A DNA stretch of 64,000 bases from Rebecca billardiae RCC1528 (taxonomy: Eukaryota; Protista; Haptophyta). Under the pieces are notes generated by a model. That model was given only the letters and a program-made list of their open reading frames with translations, ran no database searches and had not been told where the DNA came from. The DNA lies in NCBI GenBank assembly GCA_965240325.2, contig OZ251222.1:3968001-4032000 (forward strand), written 5' to 3'. The translations under genes and the position numbers were made by a program. How positions within the stretch are numbered: the first letter of the stretch is position 1; each line of letters starts with the position of its first letter. Positions 35,564 through 48,400 of the stretch are shown here, piece by piece.

Positions 35564-36523
35564 TCAGTGACTCAGCACCGACTGCAGCCACTGTCGTGCG
35601 AGCGGCATTGCGGCAGCCGACTCCGACTGCGGCGTGGGACGGTGTGATGGTGCACGTTTGGCACCAGCCCGCACGACGGCAGCAAGCTTTGGGTGCCCGT
35701 CAGACCGTCCAGCGACATGCGCGTCGCACCACGCCGCCCACATGCCCTCGGCGTCGAGTGCACCTCCCAGCTCACGCGGCACGGCCTCTGCTGGCACGTA
35801 CTTGCTCAGCTCGGAGAGTGTGGGCAAGAGCTTGACGCGTGCGCGCACGCGCTCGTGCACGAGGTTCAGAGAGATATTCATGAGTTGCTGCTGCAGGGTG
35901 GAGTAGTTCACTACGAGCACGCTGCTCACCTTGCATGGGAACGCGTCGCGCCACATCGCAATGCCTCGCCGCACGTCTGCGAGCGAGAAGAAGCGCGCCA
36001 TCGCCATGTCGGCGCCGGCGAGGTTGAACACGATGGTGACGCCCATGTGCTGCGCGTGGGGCGTGCTTGAAAGTTCCTCCACCACGTAGCTTGCCATGCG
36101 GTGGAACGCCTCGATCGGGCACACGCGCGGGTCGACGCGAGCGGCGTTGAAGACCATCACCTGCCTGCCCGCGCGGTCCGGCAGCGGCAGGATCTGGTGC
36201 GCGCCCGTGCGCAGCGGCAGCTCCGAATCGCGCGCGTGCAGCCTCATCGGCCAGCCCTCACGAGCGCGGAACGCGGCGAAGTTGCGAAGCACCTTCTCCG
36301 CGCGCTCCGAGCTCAATCGCGCGACGCGCAGCGCTTGCGTCACGAGCGCCTCGGGCAGGCGGAGGTTGTCGGCCTCAAGCACGGCCTTGAGCGCCTTGGT
36401 CGCGGTGGGCAGGCCCCTCTCAATCTGGTCGATCTCCTCCTGGGCGATTCCCACCTCCTCGAAGTCACTTGCGTCGTGGAAGCGGCCGACCGCGTCGTTT
36501 ATGAGCGCGGCGCCCGGGACCAT
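35564..36523 (-). CDS. CRAL-TRIO (Sec14-like) lipid-binding protein, tandem copy B
   Basis: Same motifs as copy A. Near-identical nucleotide sequence over the N-terminal half. Confidence 0.88.
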   Translation of the reverse strand: MVPGAALINDAVGRFHDASDFEEVGIAQEEIDQIERGLPTATKALKAVLEADNLRLPEALVTQALRVARLSSERAEKVLRNFAAFRAREGWPMRLHARDSELPLRTGAHQILPLPDRAGRQVMVFNAARVDPRVCPIEAFHRMASYVVEELSSTPHAQHMGVTIVFNLAGADMAMARFFSLADVRRGIAMWRDAFPCKVSSVLVVNYSTLQQQLMNISLNLVHERVRARVKLLPTLSELSKYVPAEAVPRELGGALDAEGMWAAWCDAHVAGRSDGHPKLAAVVRAGAKRAPSHRPTPQSESAAAMPLARQWLQSVLSH

Positions 36524-37537
36524 GGCTGGGTCGCTCGGCGGCTGGGTCGCTTGGCGCGTTGAAGATTCGCGATCTGAGATCTGTGCAACGGCATGCCTCA
36601 TTTTGCATCACACGCGGGCGACTTCGATCCCGCAGCGAATCACGAGATATCGGCGGGTCGCCGTGCGTCCCCCGAAGCTGCTCGTTATTTGCTGACTGTC
36701 TTGTGTTCATAACAGGGGAACTTTGACCAACTTTGATCCGCCCGCTCCGGACCCGCGGTGCAGGGATCGCCGGACTTCGGCAGGGACGAGGGCTTTGGGC
36801 AACGGGCGCGCGTCAGCCCATCGGCGCGCGGATCCGAATGAATGCTGCATTGCGAATCGGGTTCACAATGCACCAATCCAATCCGCGTATCGATTGACTT
36901 AGCCGTTATCGAGAACACGACAAGCCTCAGAGCAGGTGGCGGTGCCCAAGAAGAGCAGCCACGCGCGCGCGCGCGCGCTGACTCGGAGTGCGTGCTCGCT
37001 AGCGGCAGGCCGATCCCCAACCACCACTTCTGCTGCCTTCGGCACATGTGTCGCTGCCCGCGCCTGGGTCGGCATCGGACGACTGCAATGACGTGAATGA
37101 AGTAGGTGCAGGCTTGCGTATGCACCCTCGCCGCCACGAGCGCGCTGCGCCCGGCACGTGCTGCGCGTGCGTGATTACGGAGCGCGGCCACCGACCGGCC
37201 CGGCGTGGTCGTTGACAGCGCAGAGCACACATCAGGAGCGAGGAGGTCGAGCAGGCAAAGGCTGCGCGGCCGGCAAGATGGGAGCGACGCCTCACTTCAC
37301 CAGGTAGCCGCAGTGGACGCACCGCCGGCCGTAGCGGCCGCGGGGACTTGACGCTTCACTCACTGGCCGTGGCTGAGACATCGCTCACGCTGCGGGTCGA
37401 CTGGCTGACAGGCTACTGTGAATGAGAATCGACCATGACACTGGCGGCTTATTATATAACGATAATGCGATGCGCGCTACAATGATGCTGACGACGGCCG
37501 CCCAGACTACTACGGCCGCCCAGAGGCGAGCCGCGCG

Positions 37538-40182
37538 TCACGCTCCCGACGGCCGCCACGGCCGCTTCGCCTGGGGCGGCGAGGGGGTGAGCGAGGGCGA
37601 GCGCTGCCGCTCGCTCGGCTGGCTGCTGCCGCTCGCCGACGAGCGACGGCGCGCAGGCGCTGGCGGACTGCCGTCGGCCGAGGTGCGCTGCGCGCGGCGT
37701 GACGGCGACGAGTCGGCACCCGCGCGCGCCGGGCGTGGCGCCGCGCATGCGGCCCGCCCCGGCGCGGGCGGGGGCGTCGGCCCGCGCCTGCTCGGGCTGC
37801 GGGCGGGCGCGCGCTTGGAGGGGCGCTCGGGCGAGGGGGTGCGGCTCCCCGCCGCGGGCGGTACTGCCGCGGCCGCGCGAGGGCGCGCTGCGGCGCCGTC
37901 CGCACCGTCGGCTCTGGCGGGCGGGCCCGAAGGCAACGGCGCTGCCGCCCCGCCGCGGGCCGCATCCGCCGCCGCCGCCGGATGCGAGGCCGGCTGGGCC
38001 GCCCAGGCCGTGCAGGCCGGTGGCGGCGGCGCCGCGCCGCGCGCCGACGGCTCCTCCTCGTCGAACGCCAGCACCGGGTCCTCGCGCGGCGCCGAGAGCG
38101 CGCGGCGCAGCACGCGCGCGCCCGCAGCCGGCTGCGCGCCGCGCGGTGCGCGCAGCGCGGGCGGCGGCGGCAGCGGGCGCACCGCCGGCGGCTTCACGCC
38201 GGCGACGGCGTACCGCTGGGCGACTGAGAGCTCCGAGTGTGCCGCGGGCGGCGAGGCGGGCGGCGCGGCCGCGCCCACGGTGGCGCGTGCGCCCTCGCCC
38301 TGCTTGGGCGGGCCGTGCGCGCCGGCGCACGGGCGGCACAGGAGCCGGCGCGCGCGGCGCGCGGCCGCGCCCAGCCACGCGCACGGCGGCGGCGGCGGCG
38401 GCTCCGGGTGTGGAAAGTCCGGGAGCTCGTCGAGGCCGTCCTCCGCGGCGGCGGCGGCGTACGTGTCGCCGCGCGCCGCCGCGCGCACCGCCTCCGCCCC
38501 GCGCGCGCGCGGCCGGTGCTCCGGTGGGTACAGCCGCTCAAGCGCGGCGCGCAGCTGCCGCCGAGCGACAGGCGCAAGGGCCGCGTGCGCGAGAGGCGCG
38601 GCGGCCGCGCCGAGCGCGCCGCGCTCGAGCTCGCCGAGCTGCCGGCCCTCGGGCGTGAGGGCGAGGGCGAGCTCGACCGCCTCGGCCACCGCCTCGTCCA
38701 GCCGCGCGTGCAGCACCGTCAGGGCGAGCTGCGGCGCGACGCGCGGCGTGACGCGCGCGCGGCGGGGGCGCGGGGAGCGCGTCGGCTGTCGGTGTGCGCG
38801 CGGCTGGACGAGGCGGTGGCCGAGGCGGTCGGTGTGCGCGCGGCGCGCGCGCGGCGCGCTCGCAATGTGAGCGCCCGTCGCGCTGGTGGCGGGGCGCTGC
38901 GCTGCAGTGCCGCGCACCTCGAGCAGCTCGGCGGCGCTCTGGCCACGCTCCGGCGCGAGCTCGGGCGCGGCGAGCTCGGGCGCAGCCTCCGCGCCGCGCG
39001 CACCCGCGCACCCGCGCCCGCCCCCGGCGGCGCGCTCGGGCGCGCGCCGCGCGCGCACCCGCGCCGGCGGCCGCGTCGGCGCGGGCGGCAGCTGCAGGGC
39101 CCACGCGTCGGCCGCGAGCTCGTGCAGGCAGTGCTGCGCGTGCGCGCAGCCGCCGGCGTGCGCGCGCGCGCGCGTGGCGGGGTCGGCGTCCCAGCCGCGC
39201 GCGCGGCGCGCCGCCTCCTCGCGCGCCGCCTCCGCCGCCGCCTCCGCCGCCGCCGCCTCCGCCTCCGCCTCCGCCTGCAACCTGCGCGCCCGCGAGCGCC
39301 GCGCCGCGTGCACGAGCCGATCGCACCAGCGGCGCGCGCGGCCCGGGTGCGCGCCGCCCGCGCGCGCGTAGCCGCGGACGTAGCCCTCGGACGCCTCGGC
39401 GAGCACGGCGCGCTTCGCCGGCTCGTACGCGGTGGGCAGCCACCGCAGCGCCGCCAGCAGCACCGCGAGCAAGGCCTCGGCGAGCGCGGGCGCGGGCGCG
39501 TCCAGCGCGGACGCCGGCAGCACTGAGAGAGCGCGGCACGCGAGCGAGCGCGCGCGCGCCTCGGGCAGCGCGCGGCTGAGCGCGCGCCAGCTCGTGCCCA
39601 GCGCGTGCGCGCTCAGCGCGAAGATCGAGACCGCCTGCGCGAACGCCGCGACCGCGGCGACCGCGCGCGGCGGCGCGCGCACCGCCGCGCCCGCCAGCAG
39701 CGCGAGCACGTGCGCACAGCGGCCGAGCGCGGCGCCCGCCTGCGCCCAGTTGGCAGCACGCTCGGCGTGCGGCGCGCACGCGGCGAGGTGGACGGCCGAG
39801 CCGAGCTCGAGGGCGAGCACGGCGCCGAGCGCGCCGAGCGCGCGCTCGGCGGGCGCGCAGAGCAGCAGCCCGCAGCGCGCGGTCGTGCGCAGCAGCTCCA
39901 CGCCCTGCCAGCCCGCCGTGTGCGCGGCCGCGCCCGTCTGCGCCGAGAACAGGAGGCCGTACCTCCCCAGCAGGGCGCGGCCCGCCGCCGCGGCCGCGCC
40001 CTCGGCGGCGAGCGCGGCCGCGCCGGGCTCGGCCGCCGCGGCCGCGCGCCGCGCGCGCAGCTCGGCCGAGGCCGCGCCCCGCGGCACCCACTCGCCCTGC
40101 GCCGCCAGGCTCTCCGCATCAATCATCGCGCGCTGCGCCGCGCGCACGAGGCGGGCGAGGCCGCGCCGCGCGCGCTCGGCGA

Positions 40183-40246
<64 letters not shown>

Positions 40247-43200
40247 GAGCGCGGCGGCGGGCGCGGCGGCGGGCGCGGCGGCGGGCGCGGCCTCGGCGCG
40301 CGCACGCGTGCGCGGCAGCGCGCGCGCGTGCCGCCGGTACCGCGCCACCAGCCGGCCGATCGAGCCGGCATCCAGTGCCTCCCAGCGGACAAGCGCGCGG
40401 CGCGCGTGCCGGCGCGGCGGGCGCGCGCGCAGCAGCACGGTGGCTGCGCACGCGCACGCCGCGCCGACGGGCCAGGCGTAGAGCAGCGCGACCGCGCCGC
40501 CCGCGTACCCCACCGAGCACGGCCGCGCGACGAGCACCACGAAGCACGCCGTCGCCACCGCGGGCGCCAGCGCCAGCCAGACCGCCAGCTGGAGCGAGGG
40601 CGCGACGGGCGCGCGCGGCGCGCGCGCGCCCGCGCGCCGCAGCGCGTCGGCCGCGGCGCCGAGGCCGGCGGAGAGCGCGGCGGAGGCGAGGAGCGCGAGG
40701 AGCGCGAGGCGCAGCGCGGAGGAGAAGTACTCCTCCGCGCTCAGCCGCGCCGCCGCGAGCGCCGCGTACACGCCGGGGTGCCGCTCCGCTCGGCGCGCGG
40801 GCACGTGGCGCGGCGCGCACGCGAGCGCGCCGCCGAGGGGCGGCGGCAGCGGCGGCGCGGCGCTGGGCGGGAAGGCGAGGTTGGCCCAGCCGCCCACGGC
40901 CGTGGCGAGCGCGACGTACGCGGCCGGGAGCGGCTCGGGCAGCGCCACGTGCGCGCTCGTGTGCGTGAACTGCAGCTGCGCCAGCAGCAGCGCCGCCGCG
41001 CCGCCGCCGCCGCCCGCGCCGCCGCCGATGCCGCCGCCGCCCGCGCCGCCGACCGCGAGCGCCGTGCCCGCCGCCGCCGCGCCCACCGCGCCCACGAGCG
41101 CGCCCAGCGCGAGCCCGGCGCCGCGCGCCGCCTCCGCGCCGTCCTCGCGCCCCGCCTCCACGCCGAAGACCACCGCCACGTCCGCCGCCGCCGCCGGCGC
41201 GCGCGCAAGGACGGCGGCGCCGCTGCGAGTCTCGTTGGCGCGCCGGGCGACGTCCGGCGCTTCGAGCGCGCCCAGCCCGCCGCCGTCGGCGCGGCCGTCG
41301 CGCACGAGGGCGACGAGCGCGAGCATCTCGCCGGTGATGCCCTCGATGCCCGCGCCCGCGCCGCCGCCGCCGCCGCCGCCCTCGTCGCTCTCCTCGTCCG
41401 TCGCGGCGCCATCGGCGGTGGCGTTGCCGCCAAGCGCGGCGCTGTCGAGCAGCACTGAGCCCGGCTCGTCGAGCCCGCCGGCCTCGGGCCCGCGCCACCA
41501 CAGCCCACGCTGGCCGTCGGCGTGCAAGCGCTCGAGCGCGCGCGCCACGGCGAGCGCGGGCGCGCGCGCGAGCAGCGCGCCGCCGTCGCCGCCGCCGCCG
41601 CCGTCGCCGTCGCCGCCGCCGCCGCCGCCGCTGCGCGTGTCATCGTCGTCTTCGCCCTCGCTGGAAATGGCTGGGCGCAGCGCGCGCACCAGCGCGCGCA
41701 TGGCGCGCGGCGTCAGCACGGCCCACGCGTACACGCCGACGTGCTCGTGCGCGCCGAGCCCCGCGCTGGGCGCGGCGTCGGGCCCGCGCTCGACAGCGCG
41801 CACGCCGGCGCTCGGCCGCACCGACGCGGCCGAGCCCGCGCCCAGCCGCGCGTGCAGCGACACGGCCGCGACCGAGCTCGGCGCGAGCGGCGCGGCGCGC
41901 GTCCACGCGACGCGGTGCTCGGCGGCGCGCGCGCGCTCGAGCAGCGCGCCGAGCTGCTCCACGCGCGGCCCGTCCGCCTCGGGCCACATCCACCCGAGCC
42001 CATCCGCCGCGCCCTGCGGCGGCGGCGGCGGTGCGGGCGCGAGCGATGCATCGTGCCCCGCCCAGCGCGCGGGCGGAGCGGGCGGTGTCGGCGAGTGCTG
42101 CGCTGCGCCGCCGTCTCCAGCCCCGCCACCGGCGCTGGCGTCGCTCTCGGCGGGCGCCGAGCCCGGCGCCGAGGGCGGCGGCGAGCACAGCCCGCCGTCG
42201 CCCGGGCCGAAGCGCAGCAGCCGCAGCTTGTGGTTGGACGAGTCAGCGAGCACGCCCAGGGGCGGCGCGTGCGCGGAGAGGGCGAGGGCGGAGGGGAAGC
42301 GGAAGCGGGCGAGCGCGCCCGCGCCGTCGAGGTCGCCCGGCGCCCCGCCGCCCGCCGCGGTGCTCACGCCGCCCGTCGCGAGCTGCACGCGGCGCACGAG
42401 GTGCCGCCCCGAGTCCACCACCAGCGCGAACGCGCCGCCTGCGCCGCCGCCGCCGCCGCCGCCGAGCGCAACGCCGCGCAGGCTGAACCCGAACACGTCG
42501 GCAGCGGCGCCGCCGGCGAGGGTCGAGACGAGGCCGGTGTCGAGGGCGAGCGTGCGGAGCAGCCGGTTCCCCGCGTCCGTGAGCACGGCAAGCGAGCCGT
42601 CCGCCGAGAGCGCGACCCCCGTCGGCGTGTCCAGCCGCGCGCCGCCGCCGATGCCGTCGTCTGCGCCGCGCGCGCCAAAGGCGCCCGCGACCGTGCTGAC
42701 GGCCTGCACGCTGCCGTCCGCGGCGCTGAGCTCGAGCCGGCGCACGGTGTGGCCGGATGCGTCGGTGACGAGCGCGAACGACGCGTCGGCGGCGATGGCG
42801 ATGCCGCTGGGCAGCGCGAACGACGCGTCGGCCGGCGGTCCGTCCAGACCGCCCTCCGCGCCCGTGCCCGCCGCCGTGCTGACCGCGCGCGTGCCGAGCT
42901 CGAGGCGCCGCACCTTGTGGTTGCCCGCGTCGGCGACGTACGCGGTGGTGCCACCCAGGGCAATCACGATGCCCGCCGGCAGGAAGAACTCCGCCGCGGC
43001 GCCGGTGCCGTCCGCCGCGCCCTCGAAGCCGGCGCCGGCCACGGTCGAGACCGCGCCGTCCGCCGTCTCCACGCGCCGCACGAGCGAGTGGCCGCGGTCG
43101 GTGACGAGCACGAAGGAGTCGTCGGGGGCGAGAGCGACGCCATACGGCGAGAAGAAGGTGGCTACCGACGCCGCGCCGTCCGCGCGCCCCGCCTGCCCGG

Positions 43201-43422
43201 TGCCTGCCAGCGTGCTCACGTCGGGCACGCCGTCGTCGCACGCGCACGCCTGCGCACGCGCCGCGCCGCGCATGGCGTCAGCCGCGGCCGGGACGGGGGT
43301 GCGCCTGGCCCCGCACGTGTACGCCACGCGCGCCGGCGCGAGCGCGCGCGCACCGCGCTTTCAAGCCGCGCGAGCCACGCAAGGCCGACGGCCGCGCAGA
43401 CCAGGCGGCCGCCCGCCATCAT
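37538..43422 (-). CDS. Signal peptide + NHL-repeat beta-propeller + multi-pass TRP/FLC-like membrane domain
   Basis: Exons 43422-43354, 43249-38918 and 38728-37538. About six NHL repeats (VSTxAG...G..DG....A.F..P.G.A......V.D..N...R). Membrane-region motifs LAQLQFTHTS...LPAAY...WANLAF, RYGLLFS and APHAERAAN, with several hydrophobic helices. Confidence 0.75.
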
Positions 43423-43565
43423 GAGCACATCGATCGCCTCGCGGCGGCTATTTTTAGACGATGAGCCGCGCCTTCGACCGTCGTAGTCTATTATTATTCC
43501 GGAAGCGTTTTGTGCAAAATGCTCGTCGCGCTTTCGAGTACTTGAGCGTCCGATTCTTGATCAGC
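43423..43565. promoter_or_regulatory. Putative bidirectional promoter (NHL-TM gene / sulfotransferase)
   Basis: 143 bp between divergent ATGs, with AT-rich patches CTATTTTTAG and CTATTATTATT in otherwise very GC-rich DNA. Confidence 0.55.
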
Positions 43566-45297
43566 ATGGCGAGGCACCCGGCGTTGTGCGCGCTGGCCGT
43601 GCTGCACCTCATGCTAGGGGCTGGCGTGTACGGGGACACGAGCCGCCCGGACAAGGCGAGCGAAGCATCGCGCCAGCGCCACCTGCACGAGCTGAAGCGC
43701 GCGCTCAAGTGTCCGGCGCCATGTGCGCCAGCAAATGTGCGAGCCAAGCGCGCTCCACGCCGCGCTTGTGCCCCAGCGACGAGCAGCTCGGCGCGGCGCG
43801 AGGCGCTGCCGCGCTGCCTGCTCGTCGTCGACCGGCACGTGCAGAAGACCGCCGGGACGACGGTGCGCCGCGCCTTCCAGCTGGCCGAGGCGCAGGGCTG
43901 GTGCCGCTACTGGGGCTACCAGCTGTCCGTGGCCGGCTTTGGCCGGCTCCTCAAGCAGCTCGCCGCCAGGCGCGCGCAGGAGCGCTTCCGCGTGTGCGTC
44001 GAGGCGCACGTCGCGTTTGAGCGGATGCAGCTGGTGCGCTCCAAGTCGACGGGCCGGCGGTACAAGCGCGGCCCGCAGATGCTCACGCGTCTGCTCGGCC
44101 CGCTGCACGCGCTGCGCGACAGCGGCCGCGCCAACTGCACGCTCGTCTCCTCGCTGCGGCTGCGGGAGCCCGTCGAGTTCTACCGCTCGTACTACGAGTG
44201 GGCGGTCGCGGGGCTGGTCTTCGAGACCGAGCGGCCATGCGCGGAGGAGGGCCCACAGGCCGCGAGCGGCCTGCGCGCCGCCGCGCCGGCCGAGCCCGCG
44301 CTCGGCGGCGGCGACGACGACAACGCCGCGCCCGGCTGCACCGCCACGGACTTCTTCGTGCGGTGGGTGCGGCTGGCGCCCAACCTGCAGGCGCTGTCGC
44401 TGGCGCACGGCTTCGGCGCGCGCGCGTGGATGGACTGCAACGCGCTCGACCGCGACTGCATCTGGTCCTCCAAGCCCAACGCGGAGGGGTACGCGCCGCC
44501 GCGCGGGCTGAGCCTTGCGGGGCTTGACGCCGTCATGGCCACCGTGCGAGGTGCGCGCGCACAGCGCGCGCGCCGCGAGGGGCGCTGCGGCGTGGCGCGC
44601 GGGCGCGCCCGCGCGCGCGCGCGCGCCCGCGCCGCGTGCGCCCACGCGCGTGCGTGCGCCGCGCGGCGCGCGCCCCGCAGCCGCCGACGTGGCGCTCCCC
44701 CTCGAGGAGCTGCCGCTCTTCCTGGCGGCGCTGCGGCGCGCGAGCGCTCTGCCCGCGCTGCCGAGCGCACACGTGGTGCCGACGCCGCTGGCGGAGGAGA
44801 GCGAGTACGGATGCCGGGTGGCCCCGACGCGGAACTCGATGGACGGCGGCGTGCGCAGGCAGTGCCGCGAGGACGCGCAGCGCGCGCCCGCACGCCCGTG
44901 CCGCACGCCCGCCGAGCGCGCGCGCTGCGCGAGCGTGGTGCGCGCGCACGCGCCGCACGACCGCGCGCTGTATGAGCTGGTCACGCGCCGCGCGCAGGCG
45001 CTCCGAGCGGCGGATGTGAGCGGCACGCTGCGGGCGAGCGCGGCACGGCTCGCGCGGCCGGCGGGGAACGGGAGCGTGTGGATGGGGAGCGAGCCAAGCC
45101 CGGCGCGCTGCTCCGTCCGGGTCGTCAAGCGCGCCAAGGGGCAGGGCGTCGTGCTGCCGCCCCTGCCGCTGCCGGGCGCCGAGCGCACCGACGAGTGCGC
45201 GGTCGTGCCAGCGGAGGTCGAACGGCTGATCTACATGGACCAGCCGGTTCCGCGCGAGCGGACGCTGCGCCCCTGCGGTGGTGCGACCAGCCGGTGA
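43566..45297 (+). CDS. Golgi-type sulfotransferase family protein
   Basis: N-terminal signal/anchor, 5'-PSB motif RHVQKTAGTT and 3'-PB motif LREPVEFYRSYYEW. Intron 44551-44680 (phase 1) joins the HDRALYE C-terminal helix. Confidence 0.8.
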
Positions 45298-45492
45298 CCG
45301 ATCTGACGAGTAGATCAGGCACGTTCAACACCACTGTCACGGACTGACGGACTGTGACTGTCTCCGCGGCGCCGTTATCACTACTGTATCAGTCATCACT
45401 CAGCACTCTGTGTCACTCCCCGTCCCAGTCCGGGCACGGTGGCCAACCGTGGCCAACCAGGCGGAAGGGATCGACCAGTGCGCGCCAACGGC

Positions 45493-48400
45493 ATGGCTGG
45501 CATGGCTGCGCCGCGCCTTTCAGCCGACGAGGCGGAATGGCTCGCGGACGTGCTGGGGCAGATGGAGAGCTCAGTCACCGCCGGGGACTCGACGCTCCTA
45601 CGCCGCCAACACCGTCAGCTCACGCGGCTGCGGCCGAAGCTCGAGGGCGAGCGCGACGAGGCCTCGCCCGATGACGTGACACACGGCACAGCCACGGCAA
45701 CGCTTGCTGTGCTCGAGCGCATGGACGCTGTCGTGCGCGCAGCGGACGAGCAGGCGCGCGCCAGCGCACACGCCGACGATGTTTCAGCCGCCCGGCGTGA
45801 GTCGAGCTCGCTCGCAGCGCGCGAGCCGCCCGAAGCTGCGCAGGCGGGCGGGGCGGCGCATGCGGAGCACGCATCCGAGGCGCTGGACGAGTCCGAGGCC
45901 GCGCCAGCCGCGCCCTCGACGCCCGAGGTGCTGGCACCGCAGACGCAGGATGGGTCCGAGCCCCTGCTCGACCTCGCATGCGCGCTCGCGCCGCCGCCGC
46001 TCGCCGCGCAGGACAGCGCGCGCGCAGGCGCGACCTGCCCCGTCCTCGCGCCGGGCACGCCGCCGTCGCCGGCAGAATGGCCGAGGAGGTCCACGGCGGC
46101 CAGGTCGCCCGGCTCCGACGATGCGGGTGAGCAGGCGCGTCTCGACGCCGCGCGCTCGGCCGCGCACACGCACCCGTCCGCTCTCGGCCTGCCGCGCGAC
46201 AGGCATCGCCGGCTGAGTGTGCACGAGCACAGGTGCGCGCTGCTGCCGGCCCGGCTCGCGCGGGCGGACGAGGAGGTGGGCTCGCAGGAGGACCTGCTGC
46301 CGCCGCCGCCGCTCTCGCCGGAGTCGGCGGCCCTGCCATTTCGCGGCGCGGGCTCGGCGCAGCCGCGTCAGGCCAGCCCACGCGCCAGCCCTCGCCGCCA
46401 AGGGGCGACGCCGCCAAGCGCAGCGCGGCCTGCGCCGCGCGCTGCCGAGCAGTCGCTGCCTGCTGCGCGCCCCGCGCCTCTGTCGCCCGTGGCGCCGTTC
46501 CCGTCGCTGGAATGGGCGGCAGCGAGGAGGCCACCGGATCTGGTGACCGGTACGGGGGCACCACAGCCGACGAGTGCGCGGCCGAGCGCATGGCGAGGCG
46601 GCGAGGAGCCGGCCGCGTGGCGCGGCGCGGACGCCTTGCCAGCGCCGGCCGAGGCCGACGGCGCAGCTGCGTCCGCACGCGCCGCACCGTCGGCTCACAC
46701 GCCCATCGCCGCGGGCGACGTGCCGGGCGAGCGGGGCGCACGGTCGACCGCGGATCGCGCAGAGAGGCCCTCTGCGCGGCGCTCCAAGCTGTCGCTCAAG
46801 CACCGCCGCCGAACGGAGACGCCGCCGCAGCCCGCGGCGGCCCCACCCCTTGCGGGTGGGGCGGGCCCTCTCCTCGTGCGGGGGCTGCCAGGGACGGCGC
46901 GTGGGCCCGAGCCCGCTGGGCTGCTGGGTGAGAGCCCTCCGGCACGAGCGACGGGCGTCCCGGGCGCAGCGGCGCGCTTGGCGGCGGCGTCGCCCACGGC
47001 CGCCGGCTCATCGTCGCCGCTGCCCGCAGACAGCCCGCAGGCCGACCGTCCTGACCGCCCGCTCTTTGCGCCCACGCCGCCCTCTGCGCAGCCAAGGAGC
47101 CGGCAGCCGTGGGGCGCCGCAGCGGCAGCAGCGCACGCGCGCTTCTCGGCCAACGACGCCGCGATGCGCGCCGCCGCGTGCCCGGCCGCCGTCGAGCCCG
47201 CGCCGGCGCCGCCGACGCTGCTCGCCGCTGCCAGCTTCGAGGCCCCTCCGCTGCAGGCCTCGCCCCTCGCCGCGCGCCCCGTCGCGGCTGAGCGGCCGCG
47301 CGAGGCGAGAGCCGAGCCTCCCCGCGGCCCTCTCGATCCGGCCGTGCCGCCCCGCGGGCCAATCACATTCCTCAAGGCCGATCTTGGTGGCTCGTCGTCG
47401 GACTCGTCGAGCGAGGATCCGCTTCCCGGCAAGCGCGCGCCGCCTCCGACGCTCCCGCTCGAGCGCGCGCACGTGGCGGGCAGCACGCAGCGGCCGCGGG
47501 CTGCGGCGCGCGTGAGCAGCTCACCCGACGCGCACGCCGCGCGCGCTGCCGACGGCGGCACGGCAGGCCCGGCGGAGGCAGGGGCGGACGGCTCACCCGG
47601 CCCGGCGTGGAGGCAGGTGCACGAGGCGCAGCGAGGCGCACGCTCGCCCCGCGCCGACCCCTGGCCCGCTGCCGGCGCGGGCGGTGGCGGTGCACCGCGA
47701 GCGGGGTACACGTTTGGCGCGTGCTGCGGCGCGCGCACGTTTGCGCCGTGCGCGAGCGGTGGCGGCAGCGGGTGCCGCGCGGCCGCCGACGAGTCGCCTG
47801 CCGGCCGATTCACGCGCAGCCCCTCGGAGCCGCCACGGAGCACGCCCCGCCCGGCGAGTGCGCACGCACGCCCGCTGCTCGAGCCGAGCGCGCAGCATGC
47901 GAAGAGGCGGCGGCTGGCGGGCACGAGCGAGCGCGCGGCGGGCTGGGCGGGCTTGGGCGAGGCGGAGGCGGAGGCAGAGGAGCAGGCAGGTACGGGCCAC
48001 GGGCACGGTCGCGGCGCGAGCATGCCAACTGCAGCGCCATGGCCGAGCCTTGAGCCGCGCGCCGGCGAGGCCACAGCGCGCACGGCTCGCGCGGGAGCCG
48101 CGTACCCTGCGGAGCCCGCCATCAGCCTGCTGCCGGACTCGGGGCCGGGGCGACCGAGCCCACGCGGCGGCGCTGCGCACGCGCCGCTGCAGCGCGGCAG
48201 CCGCGCAAACAGCGTCGACATTGACCTGTGCACGAGCGAGGACGAGCAGCGGGAGCACACCGCACCCGACGCCTCGCCGCCGCGCCACCTCGACGCAGGC
48301 GGCACGGCTGCGGGCTCCCAGGGGCGGCGGCGCAGCCGCTTCATCGGGCTCGTCCTCGACGACGACGACGACGACAGCGCGGGCGGAGGCGCGGCGCGCG

